64,000 bases of DNA from Ezakiella sp. (GTDB taxonomy: Bacteria; Bacillota; Clostridia; Tissierellales; Peptoniphilaceae): assembly GCA_022778715.1 (NCBI GenBank), contig JALFRW010000033.1:19465-83464 (forward strand). The letters run 5' to 3'. Position numbers and translations under genes: made by a program. Positions 8,896-17,393 of this stretch are shown piece after piece. The notes below the pieces were generated by a model, which saw only the letters and a list, made by a program, of their open reading frames with translations, searched no databases and had not been told where the DNA came from. The stretch's first letter is position 1, and the number at the start of each line of letters is the position of its first letter.

Positions 8896-9227
8896 ATGAA
8901 AGATAAAAATTGTGCTTATTGTATGAACAATGAACTAGTAGATGCATTTGGAATTAAGATTGGTGATTTAGAAAATAGCCAGCTATATCTTTTTAAAGAA
9001 CAAAGTCATCGTGCGAGAGTTATTGTTGCTTCTAAAAACATGTTAGTGAAATAGTAGATATTAGTGATGGAGAAAGAGATGCTTACTTTTCTGATATAGC
9101 AAAAGTTGCTAAGGCAATTCAAAAGATATTCAAACCAAAGAAAATTAATTATGGGGCTTATGGAGATACTGGCTCTCACCTTCATTTCCATTTGGTTCCA
9201 AAATATGAAGATGATGAATTTGAATGA
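8896..9227 (+). pseudogene. HIT-family hydrolase gene, frameshifted and C-terminally truncated
   Basis: Frame 1 gives MKDKNCAYCMN...VIVASKNMLVK* (8896-9054). Frame 3 continues HVSEIVDISDGERDAYF...GAYGDTGSHLHFHLVPKYEDDEFE* (to 9227). The shift maps to the A5 run at 9034-9038. Confidence 0.7.
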
Positions 9228-9465
9228 GGATAAAGAATGGATAACATTTGATTCAGTAGATTTAGAGTATTATGCATTAAACACAACTGCTGCTGAAATA
9301 TTTTATGTTATTTATTTAGGGTCATCTAGGAAAGAAGGATATTCTAAGTTCTGTGAAAAATATGATATAACTTATGAAGAATATGAAACATTAATAGATG
9401 ATTTTATGAATAGCACATATTTATTTAAGTATATAAAGCCCTTAACTATTATTAATGGATGGTAA
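9205..9465 (+). CDS. Small PqqD-like (RRE-type) protein
   Basis: EYYALNTTAAEIFYVI...YDITYEEYETLIDDFMN fits the PqqD pattern. It overlaps the MATE start by 11 nt. Confidence 0.4.
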   Translation: MKMMNLNEDKEWITFDSVDLEYYALNTTAAEIFYVIYLGSSRKEGYSKFCEKYDITYEEYETLIDDFMNSTYLFKYIKPLTIINGW

Positions 9466-10780
9466 TAATATGAATAAGAAAGTAATAAAAGATTTGAATA
9501 AATTTGCAATACCACTTCTTTTACAAATGATTGCATCATATTTTATTGGAGCAACTGATGTGGCGATTGTTGGTAATATTTCAATTGAGTCATTAAATGC
9601 GACTTCACTTGTTTCGAATACATTGGAGATGGTTGCGGGAGTTTTAGGGGCAATAACTATTACTTTGAACATTCTTTTGGGTAAAAGTTTTGGAAAAAAA
9701 GATGATCAAAAATTTTCATTTGAATTTTATACTTCAATTTTTTTAAGTGGAATAATTGGTTTATCCTTTTCTATTCTAATTTTTTTATTTGGAAAGAATA
9801 TTCTAATTGCTTTATTTGATTTAGATAATAAAACACTTATTCAAGCAATGAAATATTTACAACCAATGACTTTCTATGTGTTGCTACAGCTTATTACTTT
9901 TGCATACACTTCTACATGCAAGGTTTTGAATAAGACGAAAATTATTTTATATATAAGTATTTTTTCATCGCTTCTTGATGTTTCTTTAGATTATATTTTT
10001 GTCTTGGGAAAATTTGGATTGCCAAAAATGGGAGTAGAATTTGTAGGTTACTCTACAATTTTTACTATGCTTATAAGCATCTTCTTATATTCATATTTTT
10101 TGAGAGAGCATATAAAATTTGATTTGAAAAGCCTAAGTGATTATTTAAAAAACACTTTAAATCACTTTAAATTGAGTATACCTTTAATCTTACAAGAAAT
10201 TATAGATGGTTCAGCTTATGGACTTTTTGTTAATATGATATTAGTACGTTTAGGGACGATAGATTATGCGGGATATGTAATAATAAATACAATTATTGGT
10301 TTATTATTTCTATTCAAGTATGTATATGGTTCAGCAGTTTTAAGTATGATTAGTATTGAAAGCGGTGCTTCAAATAAAGAAAACATGTTAAAGTATCCTA
10401 AGTATTCTTCAGGACTTGCATTGGCATTGTATTTTATAGGTGCAATTTTTATACTTATATTTAATAAAAATATTGTTGCTTTATTTAGTGATAATAGAGA
10501 TGTTATATTAATTGTAAAAAAATACATCTTAGTTTTCATTGCCGTCAATTCAATATCTTGTATATCATATTCCTATAAATTAGCCTTGCAAGCAATTAAT
10601 CAATCAAAATTTGTTTTATATACTTCAATAATTTTAAATGTATTAGCAGTTTTGATTATGTTTATAACAATAATCACTTTAAAATTATCATTGATGGGGT
10701 TAACTTTTGCTATATTTATAACAGAAGTTTTAACAATGATTATTTTTGCAAATAGATATTTAGACAAGATAAAGAACTAA
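9455..10780 (+). CDS. MATE-family efflux transporter
   Basis: 441 aa and about 12 hydrophobic segments. N-terminus NKFAIPLLLQM...ATDVAIVG is typical of MATE. An alternative start is at 9470. Confidence 0.85.
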   Translation: MDGNNMNKKVIKDLNKFAIPLLLQMIASYFIGATDVAIVGNISIESLNATSLVSNTLEMVAGVLGAITITLNILLGKSFGKKDDQKFSFEFYTSIFLSGIIGLSFSILIFLFGKNILIALFDLDNKTLIQAMKYLQPMTFYVLLQLITFAYTSTCKVLNKTKIILYISIFSSLLDVSLDYIFVLGKFGLPKMGVEFVGYSTIFTMLISIFLYSYFLREHIKFDLKSLSDYLKNTLNHFKLSIPLILQEIIDGSAYGLFVNMILVRLGTIDYAGYVIINTIIGLLFLFKYVYGSAVLSMISIESGASNKENMLKYPKYSSGLALALYFIGAIFILIFNKNIVALFSDNRDVILIVKKYILVFIAVNSISCISYSYKLALQAINQSKFVLYTSIILNVLAVLIMFITIITLKLSLMGLTFAIFITEVLTMIIFANRYLDKIKN

Positions 10781-10868
10781 ACTATAATAGTTTAAAATCT
10801 TATTTTTATTCAAAAGAGATTTAAAGTCCATCTCAATTGACAACCACGACCCAAAACGCAAACAATAT

Positions 10869-11336
10869 ATGACCAATTCCAAAGTAAATGCAGTAGATTT
10901 TGACGCAGTAAAAGACAACTATGTGGACAAAATGAACCTGTTAACTGTACCCCCAAGCGTGGATGCGCTAATGTTTTTGAATTACGGCGACATAATGATT
11001 GAATTTAAAAACGGCGTAGTGGACAAAAAACTCGTGGAAGCAATTGTAGACAAAATGCTCAACTCCGTTATCATTTATTCCGACATCACCAAAACTCCGA
11101 TTTCGGCAATTAGAAAAAATGTGGATTTTATATTAGTTTACAACTATCAAAAAAATCCGGGCGTAAACCATTTTTCAAACAACTTTTATAGAGATGAATT
11201 CGTGAAATCTCTCTCTAAAAAAGCAAACCGAAGATACACCCAGTTTGGACTTTTTCGCTATGAAAACTATATTTTTAGAAACATTTACACTTATTCCAAA
11301 AAAGATTTCAAAAGAGAATTCACAGATAAACTTTAA
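10869..11336 (+). CDS. Hypothetical protein
   Basis: 155-aa ORF with higher GC than both flanks and no obvious SD. Contains a GDIMIEFK (D..ExK-like) motif. Confidence 0.4.
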   Translation: MTNSKVNAVDFDAVKDNYVDKMNLLTVPPSVDALMFLNYGDIMIEFKNGVVDKKLVEAIVDKMLNSVIIYSDITKTPISAIRKNVDFILVYNYQKNPGVNHFSNNFYRDEFVKSLSKKANRRYTQFGLFRYENYIFRNIYTYSKKDFKREFTDKL

Positions 11337-11374
11337 AATATATTAACTAATCTTAATATATTTTAAAGTTATAA

Positions 11375-11404
11375 TTGGCTTTTTCAATTTTTGTATGCTA
11401 TAAT
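11375..11404 (+). promoter_or_regulatory. Candidate sigmaA promoter
   Basis: TTGGCT, 18-nt spacer, then TGcTATAAT (extended -10), about 40 nt upstream of the 11446 ORF. Confidence 0.4.
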
Positions 11405-11445
11405 ATATTTGGATGAATTTCTGTTGATTATTATGTAAATTAATT

Positions 11446-11898
11446 ATGACAGCAAAAAAGAAAATCACGTTATCTGCAATTGTTTACTTCCTCGTTGTAT
11501 TTTTATCGACTACAATCTATAAGATTGCTCATAGCTATTTAGTTTTTAGATGGCATAGGATGTTGAACCTTGTTCCATTTAGAACGTGGAAAAGTTTATT
11601 TCAGAGAGGATTTAATATTAATACAGATATTTTGGTAAAGTTTTTATTATCGGCACTTATTTTTGTACCCCTTGCCATTTATTTTGCAATTAAATACAAA
11701 AATTATGAAGATAGTAAATCAGCAAAAACGATGCTTTTTATTGTTGCACTGGCTTTTCCTTTACTAAATATCATATTAAAAACCGGAGTTTTTGATATAG
11801 ATATGGTGATATTTAGAATTGCACTAACTTTTTTAAGTTATTTTGTGACAAGTAAAATAGTATCCAAAACTTCAGAAAGGAGTAAAAATGAAGTTTAA
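11446..11898 (+). CDS. Small multi-pass membrane protein
   Basis: 150 aa with about 4 hydrophobic segments. No family recognised. Confidence 0.5.
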   Translation: MTAKKKITLSAIVYFLVVFLSTTIYKIAHSYLVFRWHRMLNLVPFRTWKSLFQRGFNINTDILVKFLLSALIFVPLAIYFAIKYKNYEDSKSAKTMLFIVALAFPLLNIILKTGVFDIDMVIFRIALTFLSYFVTSKIVSKTSERSKNEV

Positions 11899-12511
11899 AA
11901 GAAATTTAGCGATTATACTAAGTGTAGTGATAATCATGGCAGGTTTTATTACAGCAAATGCTTCAATAAGTACATCTACAACAAAAACACAAAGATTTAT
12001 CACCAATTTGGCAGATAAGTACGATTTAGATTTAGAAAAAACTGAAATTGATTATTCACCGGTACCTAAAAAAATTGTACTAAAAAAAGGCACTGAAAAT
12101 TATATTAATCCAATTACAGGAGAGTACTTCGTTACTAAACATAATTCATCAAGATTAAAAAGCTCTGGAAATATAGCAAAGGAATTTGAATTTAATATTC
12201 ATTATAGTATTATTAGTGATCCTTTCTCAATTAGCTCAAGTACTTTAAAAGTTTACTCAACTTCTAAATTATATCATGCATCTGGAAATTTAGCTTGGCC
12301 AGATGAGGGTTCAACATATTCAATAATGATAGATCAAGGTGTATTTCGAAAACGCAAAACTGTAAGTTTTCCGATAAACGATAGTCAAACTTCTACATTT
12401 GGATCGGGTTGGAATACTGACAGAACAGCTACAATTGAAATAAGTAATGACGGTAGCTATGATAGATATAATTACTACTTAGTAGGTAGTGGAACGGTTT
12501 ATAACGATTGA
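11888..12511 (+). CDS. Secreted hypothetical protein
   Basis: N-terminal signal-like segment LAIILSVVIIMAGFITANA. GGAG lies upstream and the ORF overlaps the previous one. Confidence 0.5.
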   Translation: MKFKRNLAIILSVVIIMAGFITANASISTSTTKTQRFITNLADKYDLDLEKTEIDYSPVPKKIVLKKGTENYINPITGEYFVTKHNSSRLKSSGNIAKEFEFNIHYSIISDPFSISSSTLKVYSTSKLYHASGNLAWPDEGSTYSIMIDQGVFRKRKTVSFPINDSQTSTFGSGWNTDRTATIEISNDGSYDRYNYYLVGSGTVYND

Positions 12512-12541
12512 GGAGGGAATAGTATTCAATAGAAATTATCT

Positions 12542-12570
12542 AAAAATGGGTCTAAAAAGACCCATTTTTA
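12542..12570. terminator. Bidirectional intrinsic terminator
   Basis: AAAAATGGGTC-taaaaa-GACCCATTTTT between convergent genes. Confidence 0.6.
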
Positions 12571-12571
12571 T

Positions 12572-12823
12572 TTAGCAAAACTTCATTCTATCGGGATTAA
12601 TATCCTCTTCTTTCTCCCAAAATCCATCCGGCGTTATATTTAGTTTTTTTGCCATTTCCTCGATATATGTCTTGTCTTTTTTGTCTTCATAAATTAAGCA
12701 AACTCCGCAACAATGTGAGGCTTCCCGCGGCGTTGGCGCAAGAGTTTTTTTAATTCCTTTTAAATTCGTGGAGAGAGTGTACGCATCCACAGAATTTTTA
12801 AAAAATACATAGTATTTTTTCAT
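12572..12823 (-). CDS. DUF3343 (putative Se/S carrier-like) protein
   Basis: MKKYYVFFKNSVDAYTLSTNLKGIKKTLAPTPREASHCCGVCL fits DUF3343. Its ATG shares 1 nt with the upstream stop (TAATG). Confidence 0.7.
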   Translation of the reverse strand: MKKYYVFFKNSVDAYTLSTNLKGIKKTLAPTPREASHCCGVCLIYEDKKDKTYIEEMAKKLNITPDGFWEKEEDINPDRMKFC

Positions 12824-14109
12824 TAGTCGAGCATTTCGATAAATGCACCAATTCTGGTTTTTAATTGTTCGGCGTCTTCGTCTGTATAGTCCGTTTCTAT
12901 TCCAAGGCATGGAATACCTGCGTCTTTAAGAGCTTTTTCAACTTTTCTGCCTTCTAAATCGTAGAGTGTGCAGAATTTCAAGTTGAGGTCGATAACGCCG
13001 TCAGCTTTATATTCTTTTGCAAGGCGAATGATGTCTTCAACTCTACCGGTGTTTGGTGTAAAACAAGCACAGTTGATATTTCCGAGATATCTTTCTGCCA
13101 GATGTTTAACTTGTTCGTCGATTGTATCGCCGGATTCATCAACTAAGTGTTCACAGTATCTCAAGCCTGTACACATTTCTTCTCCGACAACCGCAGCACC
13201 CATTGATTCAATGATGTGGTGGATTTTCCAGTTCGGAATTGAAAGTGGCGTACCCGTCAAAAGGATTCTCTTTGCACCTTTTTCGTAAACACTTACCCCA
13301 TTTTTAACTCTTTCTTCAAGTTCATCGCAGAGGTCGTTTACCATCTTTGTAAATCTTTCCGGGTCATCAAAGAAAGCGATTTGAGTGATTAAGAGAACGT
13401 CTTTTCCAGAAATTGGAACATTTTCTTCTTTTCTGAAGTTGTTCAATCTTTGCATTGCTTGACGTTTTTTATTAATTAATACGATTGCATCGTGGAGACT
13501 TTCCGGAGTTACTTTATTGCCGGTTAATTCTTCAATTTTTGCGATGTATTTTTTTATTTCTTTTTCCCATTTTAAGAAGTCATCTTCAGTTTTTAGTTGT
13601 GGAATATCCATAACATAAACGGGTGCGTCTTCTTCTAAAATTTCCCAAGCTTTTTTCTTCCCATCGCAAGTAGTTTCGCCAACGAATAAGTCGGCAATTC
13701 TAAAGAATGGGCAAGTTTTATCAAATCTTGCCCCAAGGCTTGCTTTGATAAGCGGGCAAGTTGCAGTTGGAAGCACTTTTTCGCCGCCCGGAACCCAGAA
13801 TTGGCTTCCACTGCAAAGACCAGTTACAATAGCGTTTGCAGCAATCGGTACTTCATCCGGCACGTGAATACAGAATGTTCCTACCACTTTTCTGCCTTTC
13901 TTTTGTTCTTCAATAAGTTCAGCCGGACGAATTCCGTGAATATCTCCAACCACCATGTTAAAATAATCCATTTTTTCCGGTCGATTCTTTTGGCTCAAAA
14001 ATACGTCGCCAAAAGCTTCCGGTAACACACTGCATAGAATGTCATGTTTTTCAACGTCCATTCCGATTTCTGACCACATTTCATGATTCTTATCCATATT
14101 ACACCTCAT
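12823..14109 (-). CDS. Double-cubane-cluster anaerobic reductase (2-hydroxyacyl-CoA dehydratase superfamily)
   Basis: NRPEKMDYFN...HGIRPAELIEEQKKGRKVVGTFCIHVPDE...GLCSGSQF...TCPLIKAS...GETTCDGKKK matches the DCCP/YjiM-like pattern. Confidence 0.8.
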   Translation of the reverse strand: MRCNMDKNHEMWSEIGMDVEKHDILCSVLPEAFGDVFLSQKNRPEKMDYFNMVVGDIHGIRPAELIEEQKKGRKVVGTFCIHVPDEVPIAANAIVTGLCSGSQFWVPGGEKVLPTATCPLIKASLGARFDKTCPFFRIADLFVGETTCDGKKKAWEILEEDAPVYVMDIPQLKTEDDFLKWEKEIKKYIAKIEELTGNKVTPESLHDAIVLINKKRQAMQRLNNFRKEENVPISGKDVLLITQIAFFDDPERFTKMVNDLCDELEERVKNGVSVYEKGAKRILLTGTPLSIPNWKIHHIIESMGAAVVGEEMCTGLRYCEHLVDESGDTIDEQVKHLAERYLGNINCACFTPNTGRVEDIIRLAKEYKADGVIDLNLKFCTLYDLEGRKVEKALKDAGIPCLGIETDYTDEDAEQLKTRIGAFIEMLD

Positions 14110-14773
14110 AACTAATATTATTTTTATGTTTTAAAGCGCAACCCATTGGAGCATACTCCTGATTTTCGCCTATAACAACATCGTAATCTTCGCCCTTTAT
14201 TCCATCTAAAATTCCATATGGACAAAGCGTATAAAATATTTCTCTTTTTTTATCCTCAAACTCGTAGTCTTCCGCGAGCTCATCTATTATCTCTTTTCTT
14301 TTTTCGAGATCTGTTTCGTAAGCTGAATAAAACTTCGCATAACTTAAAAGACGTGAATTAATATTTGTTTTAGATAAAAAATTAATCTTTTTATCTATAT
14401 AATCTAAAATCTCTTTGGATTTTTCGTACAAATTATCGCTAAAATTATAGCCTCTAACTTTTAAATATTGGTTTAATTCACTAAATAAAATAAAATCTTT
14501 TTTATTAATCCCTTTTAAACTCTCAATTAAAAGGGGACAATAATTTTCATAAACTATAAATTTTGAAGAAAAAATTAGTGGACATTTGTCTGTTTGCATA
14601 TAAATTGCAGTTGAATTTATCGCATCACATGCAAATTCTTTCCCTCCAAATTCAAAAATATAGCCGTCCGTGCTTAAAATGGGAATTGGAATTAATCCAA
14701 ACCCACGCAAAAATGCTTCGTCTACACTTCCCAAAATACCTGCCACAGAATCACCATTTATAAAATGATTCAT
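14099..14773 (-). CDS. Cys-containing hypothetical protein between activase and reductase
   Basis: ORF in operon position with Cys at FACD, DKCP, NYCP, LCPYG and MGCA. The start is uncertain: ATG at 14773, or an upstream TTG overlapping the activase stop. Confidence 0.5.
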   Translation of the reverse strand: MNHFINGDSVAGILGSVDEAFLRGFGLIPIPILSTDGYIFEFGGKEFACDAINSTAIYMQTDKCPLIFSSKFIVYENYCPLLIESLKGINKKDFILFSELNQYLKVRGYNFSDNLYEKSKEILDYIDKKINFLSKTNINSRLLSYAKFYSAYETDLEKRKEIIDELAEDYEFEDKKREIFYTLCPYGILDGIKGEDYDVVIGENQEYAPMGCALKHKNNISYEV

Positions 14774-14819
14774 GCATTTTACATAGGCATCCCGTCTTAG
14801 CTCCTTAAAAAAATCTACA

Positions 14820-15566
14820 TTAACCAAGAACTGCCGCTCCGATTGCACCTGCAAAGCGAGCTTTTTTATCGGTGTGCACATGTGCATTTAGTTCTTTTGA
14901 AAGCTCTTTTACAATAAAATCGCTATCGCAGAAACCACCCGTTAGAAAAACTTCGTCATTTTCAAGACGCTTTAAAGATAGTGATGCAACTTTCTTTACA
15001 ATTGAATGGACCACGCCACTTGCAATGTCCTCTCTGCTCGTACCTTTACCCATAAGGCTGATGATTTCAGATTCTGCAAACACTGTGCAAACACTTGAAA
15101 TTTGAACCGGAGTGCCCAAACTTGCATACTCAAACATTTCTTCCAAAGTAAGTCCTAAACGATTTGCCATAACTTCCAAAAATTTACCGGTGCCGGCACT
15201 GCACTTGTCATTCATTAAAAAGTCACTTACCATACCATTATTTACCACAATGACTTTTGTGTCTTGACCTCCAATATCAATAACGGTCATATCTACAGGA
15301 TTTAAAAATAATGCACCCTTTGCGTGACAAGTAATTTCGGTAACGGTCTTATCGGCATAAGGCACGCTGACTCTTCCGTAACCGGTTGCCACAATTCTCA
15401 TTTCCCCTAAATCTAAAGTTTCAAGCCAGTTTCTAATATCTTCGCTTGTCTCACGGCTATTCCATCCGCTCGGACAAAGTTTTGTGTGTAAAATTTTTTT
15501 CTTATCTTCATCTAAAACTACCACTTTTGAAGCAGTGGAGCCGATATCTATTCCCACATATTTCAA
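14820..15566 (-). CDS. Acyl-CoA dehydratase activase-type ATPase (BcrAD/BadFG/HgdC family)
   Basis: VGIDIGSTASKVVV, DIGGQDTKVI and the cluster-bridging NDKCSAGTG. Confidence 0.9.
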   Translation of the reverse strand: MKYVGIDIGSTASKVVVLDEDKKKILHTKLCPSGWNSRETSEDIRNWLETLDLGEMRIVATGYGRVSVPYADKTVTEITCHAKGALFLNPVDMTVIDIGGQDTKVIVVNNGMVSDFLMNDKCSAGTGKFLEVMANRLGLTLEEMFEYASLGTPVQISSVCTVFAESEIISLMGKGTSREDIASGVVHSIVKKVASLSLKRLENDEVFLTGGFCDSDFIVKELSKELNAHVHTDKKARFAGAIGAAVLG

Positions 15567-15780
15567 AATATCACCCCCACTTTTATTATATGATTTTAAC
15601 TAACTAAAATAAAGGAATATTAATAATTTCTATCGAAAATACAAAATTGATAACAAAATCATATAAGCCGCAGCTTACTTTTACATAATAATGTGACATT
15701 TATAAAAACTACTATAAAGATTATCTATCAATTTTGCTTAATTAATAGAAATTTTCTATCATGAAATTGTCTAAAATCTA

Positions 15781-15809
15781 TTGACTTTTAAAACCGGAAC
15801 GCATATAAT
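15781..15809 (+). promoter_or_regulatory. Near-consensus sigmaA promoter
   Basis: TTGACT (15781-15786), exactly 17 nt of spacer, then TATAAT (15804-15809). Confidence 0.55.
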
Positions 15810-15925
15810 TGAACTGTAAATAGATAATAGCTATAACAATTATATGAGTTACCAAATATAGCGATATTTACGAAACATCTAATACCTTTAAGCATTTTGC
15901 TTAACGTATACCTTACTAACCTCTC

Positions 15926-15950
15926 AAAAAAGACCTTTTGGTCTTTTTTT
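15926..15950 (+). terminator. Short-stem terminator/attenuator
   Basis: AAAAAAGACC-tttt-GGTCTTTTTTT, about 110 nt downstream of the predicted TSS and 95 nt upstream of the 16046 ATG. Confidence 0.45.
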
Positions 15951-16045
15951 CGTTTAAGCAAAAAATTAACAGAATTTTTGAATAAAAACCTGAAAAAATG
16001 GCTATAAATATATGTAATTTGAATAAAGAATTAGGGGTTGATTAT

Positions 16046-17071
16046 ATGATAAATAATTTTGAAACGGGTATGAGCGTATTTTTAGGCTCTGATATAGAAT
16101 ATATTTCACAAATAATGGATAAAACTTTGGAACTTGGAGGCAAGTACATATTTACTTCTCTAAATTATTTGGAAGAAAATTTAGATTTTGAAGTTTTAAA
16201 ACAAACTGTAGCGCTTGCAAATAAAAAAGGACTCTCAATGATTATCGATGTGGACGATTTGTCCATTAGAAAATTCAATATAGAAGAAATTAAAAAAGTA
16301 GGAAATGCATATCTAAGAATAGATTTTAGAATTACAGAAGATGAAATTATAGCTTTTTCAAAGTCTTTCCCAATTGTGCTGAATGCTTCAATAATTTCTC
16401 TGGAAGAATTAAAACGTCTTGAAATGAGAGGTCTCGATAAAGATAATACTCTCATCTGTCACAACTATTTTCCTAAGCCGGATACGGGAATGGATTTAGA
16501 AAAAATTAGAGAAATAAACAAAATATTCCACGAATGTGGATACAAAGTGATATCTTTTGTTCCGGGAGATTTAGTGCAAAGAGGTCCATTATACAAGGGC
16601 TTACCAACAGTTGAAGAGCACCGATCAATGAGGTTTTTACGTGCAGTACTTGAATGCCTGGAAGTAGAAAGCGACATTGTACTGGTTGGAGATATTGATA
16701 TTTCAAAAGCCGCTGTGGATGATTTAAAACGTCTAAACAAAGGCTATCTAAAAGCACGTGGAACCGTACCTAAAGAATTAAAAGACACCATTTTTTACGA
16801 CAGAACGGACGCCGCAAAAAAACTCATAAGAGATTCATCTTTTAGAGGTAAAATAGATTTAACAGACAAAAAAATCTCCGAAACAACTGAATTTACAAGA
16901 GGCGACATAATGTTTACCACAGGCGAATTTGACAGATATTTCGGAGAAATAGAAATTGCAAAAGAAGTAATAAAATCCAAGGAAAGAGTGTTAATCGGAA
17001 GAGTGCATATTGCAGATCTTTGGATGCTGGATTATGTGACGGATAAAATTGGAATTAAGATAGAAAATTAA
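16046..17071 (+). CDS. DUF871/MupG-family protein (putative 6-phospho-N-acetylmuramidase-like)
   Basis: GMSVFLGSD...GGKYIFTSLNYLEE resembles the DUF871 N-terminus. AGGGG RBS before the ATG at 16046. Confidence 0.7.
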   Translation: MINNFETGMSVFLGSDIEYISQIMDKTLELGGKYIFTSLNYLEENLDFEVLKQTVALANKKGLSMIIDVDDLSIRKFNIEEIKKVGNAYLRIDFRITEDEIIAFSKSFPIVLNASIISLEELKRLEMRGLDKDNTLICHNYFPKPDTGMDLEKIREINKIFHECGYKVISFVPGDLVQRGPLYKGLPTVEEHRSMRFLRAVLECLEVESDIVLVGDIDISKAAVDDLKRLNKGYLKARGTVPKELKDTIFYDRTDAAKKLIRDSSFRGKIDLTDKKISETTEFTRGDIMFTTGEFDRYFGEIEIAKEVIKSKERVLIGRVHIADLWMLDYVTDKIGIKIEN

Positions 17072-17126
17072 TATTTTAATTAATGATTTATAGAATAAAT
17101 TAGTGAATAATATTTAATTAATAATT

Positions 17127-17150
17127 AGCGAGCTTTTAGCTCGTTTTTTT
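17127..17150 (+). terminator. Intrinsic terminator
   Basis: AGCGAGC-tttta-GCTCGTT followed by a T-run. Confidence 0.6.
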
Positions 17151-17393
17151 AATTATGAGTACGACTAAATTTAAATATATTTTTCTTAAAACGGAAGAAA
17201 AAATATAAAAAAGAAAGCCGATGATGCATCACCGACCTTCTCAAACAATAGGAGTGGGCAATATGCCCAATATCATGAAAAAAATTTAGTGTCCGAGGTT
17301 TTAACCTCAATAACAAAACAATAGGAGTACAATATTATTATATCTAAATATATATATTTTGGTGTTACAAACTAATTACACTTTCAAAATATT

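Noticed and set aside
9106-9204. 5' part of the listed 119-aa ORF (MLRQFKRYSNQRK...)
   Set aside because: It overlaps the frame-3 HIT remnant, which clearly encodes the histidine triad. The PqqD-like similarity begins only after the ATG at 9205.
12824-12910. Arg-rich N-terminal extension (MPWNRNGLYRRRRRT...) of the DUF3343 ORF
   Set aside because: It overlaps the 3' end of the reductase gene. The internal ATG at 12823 gives a typical ~83-aa DUF3343 with a TAATG coupling junction.
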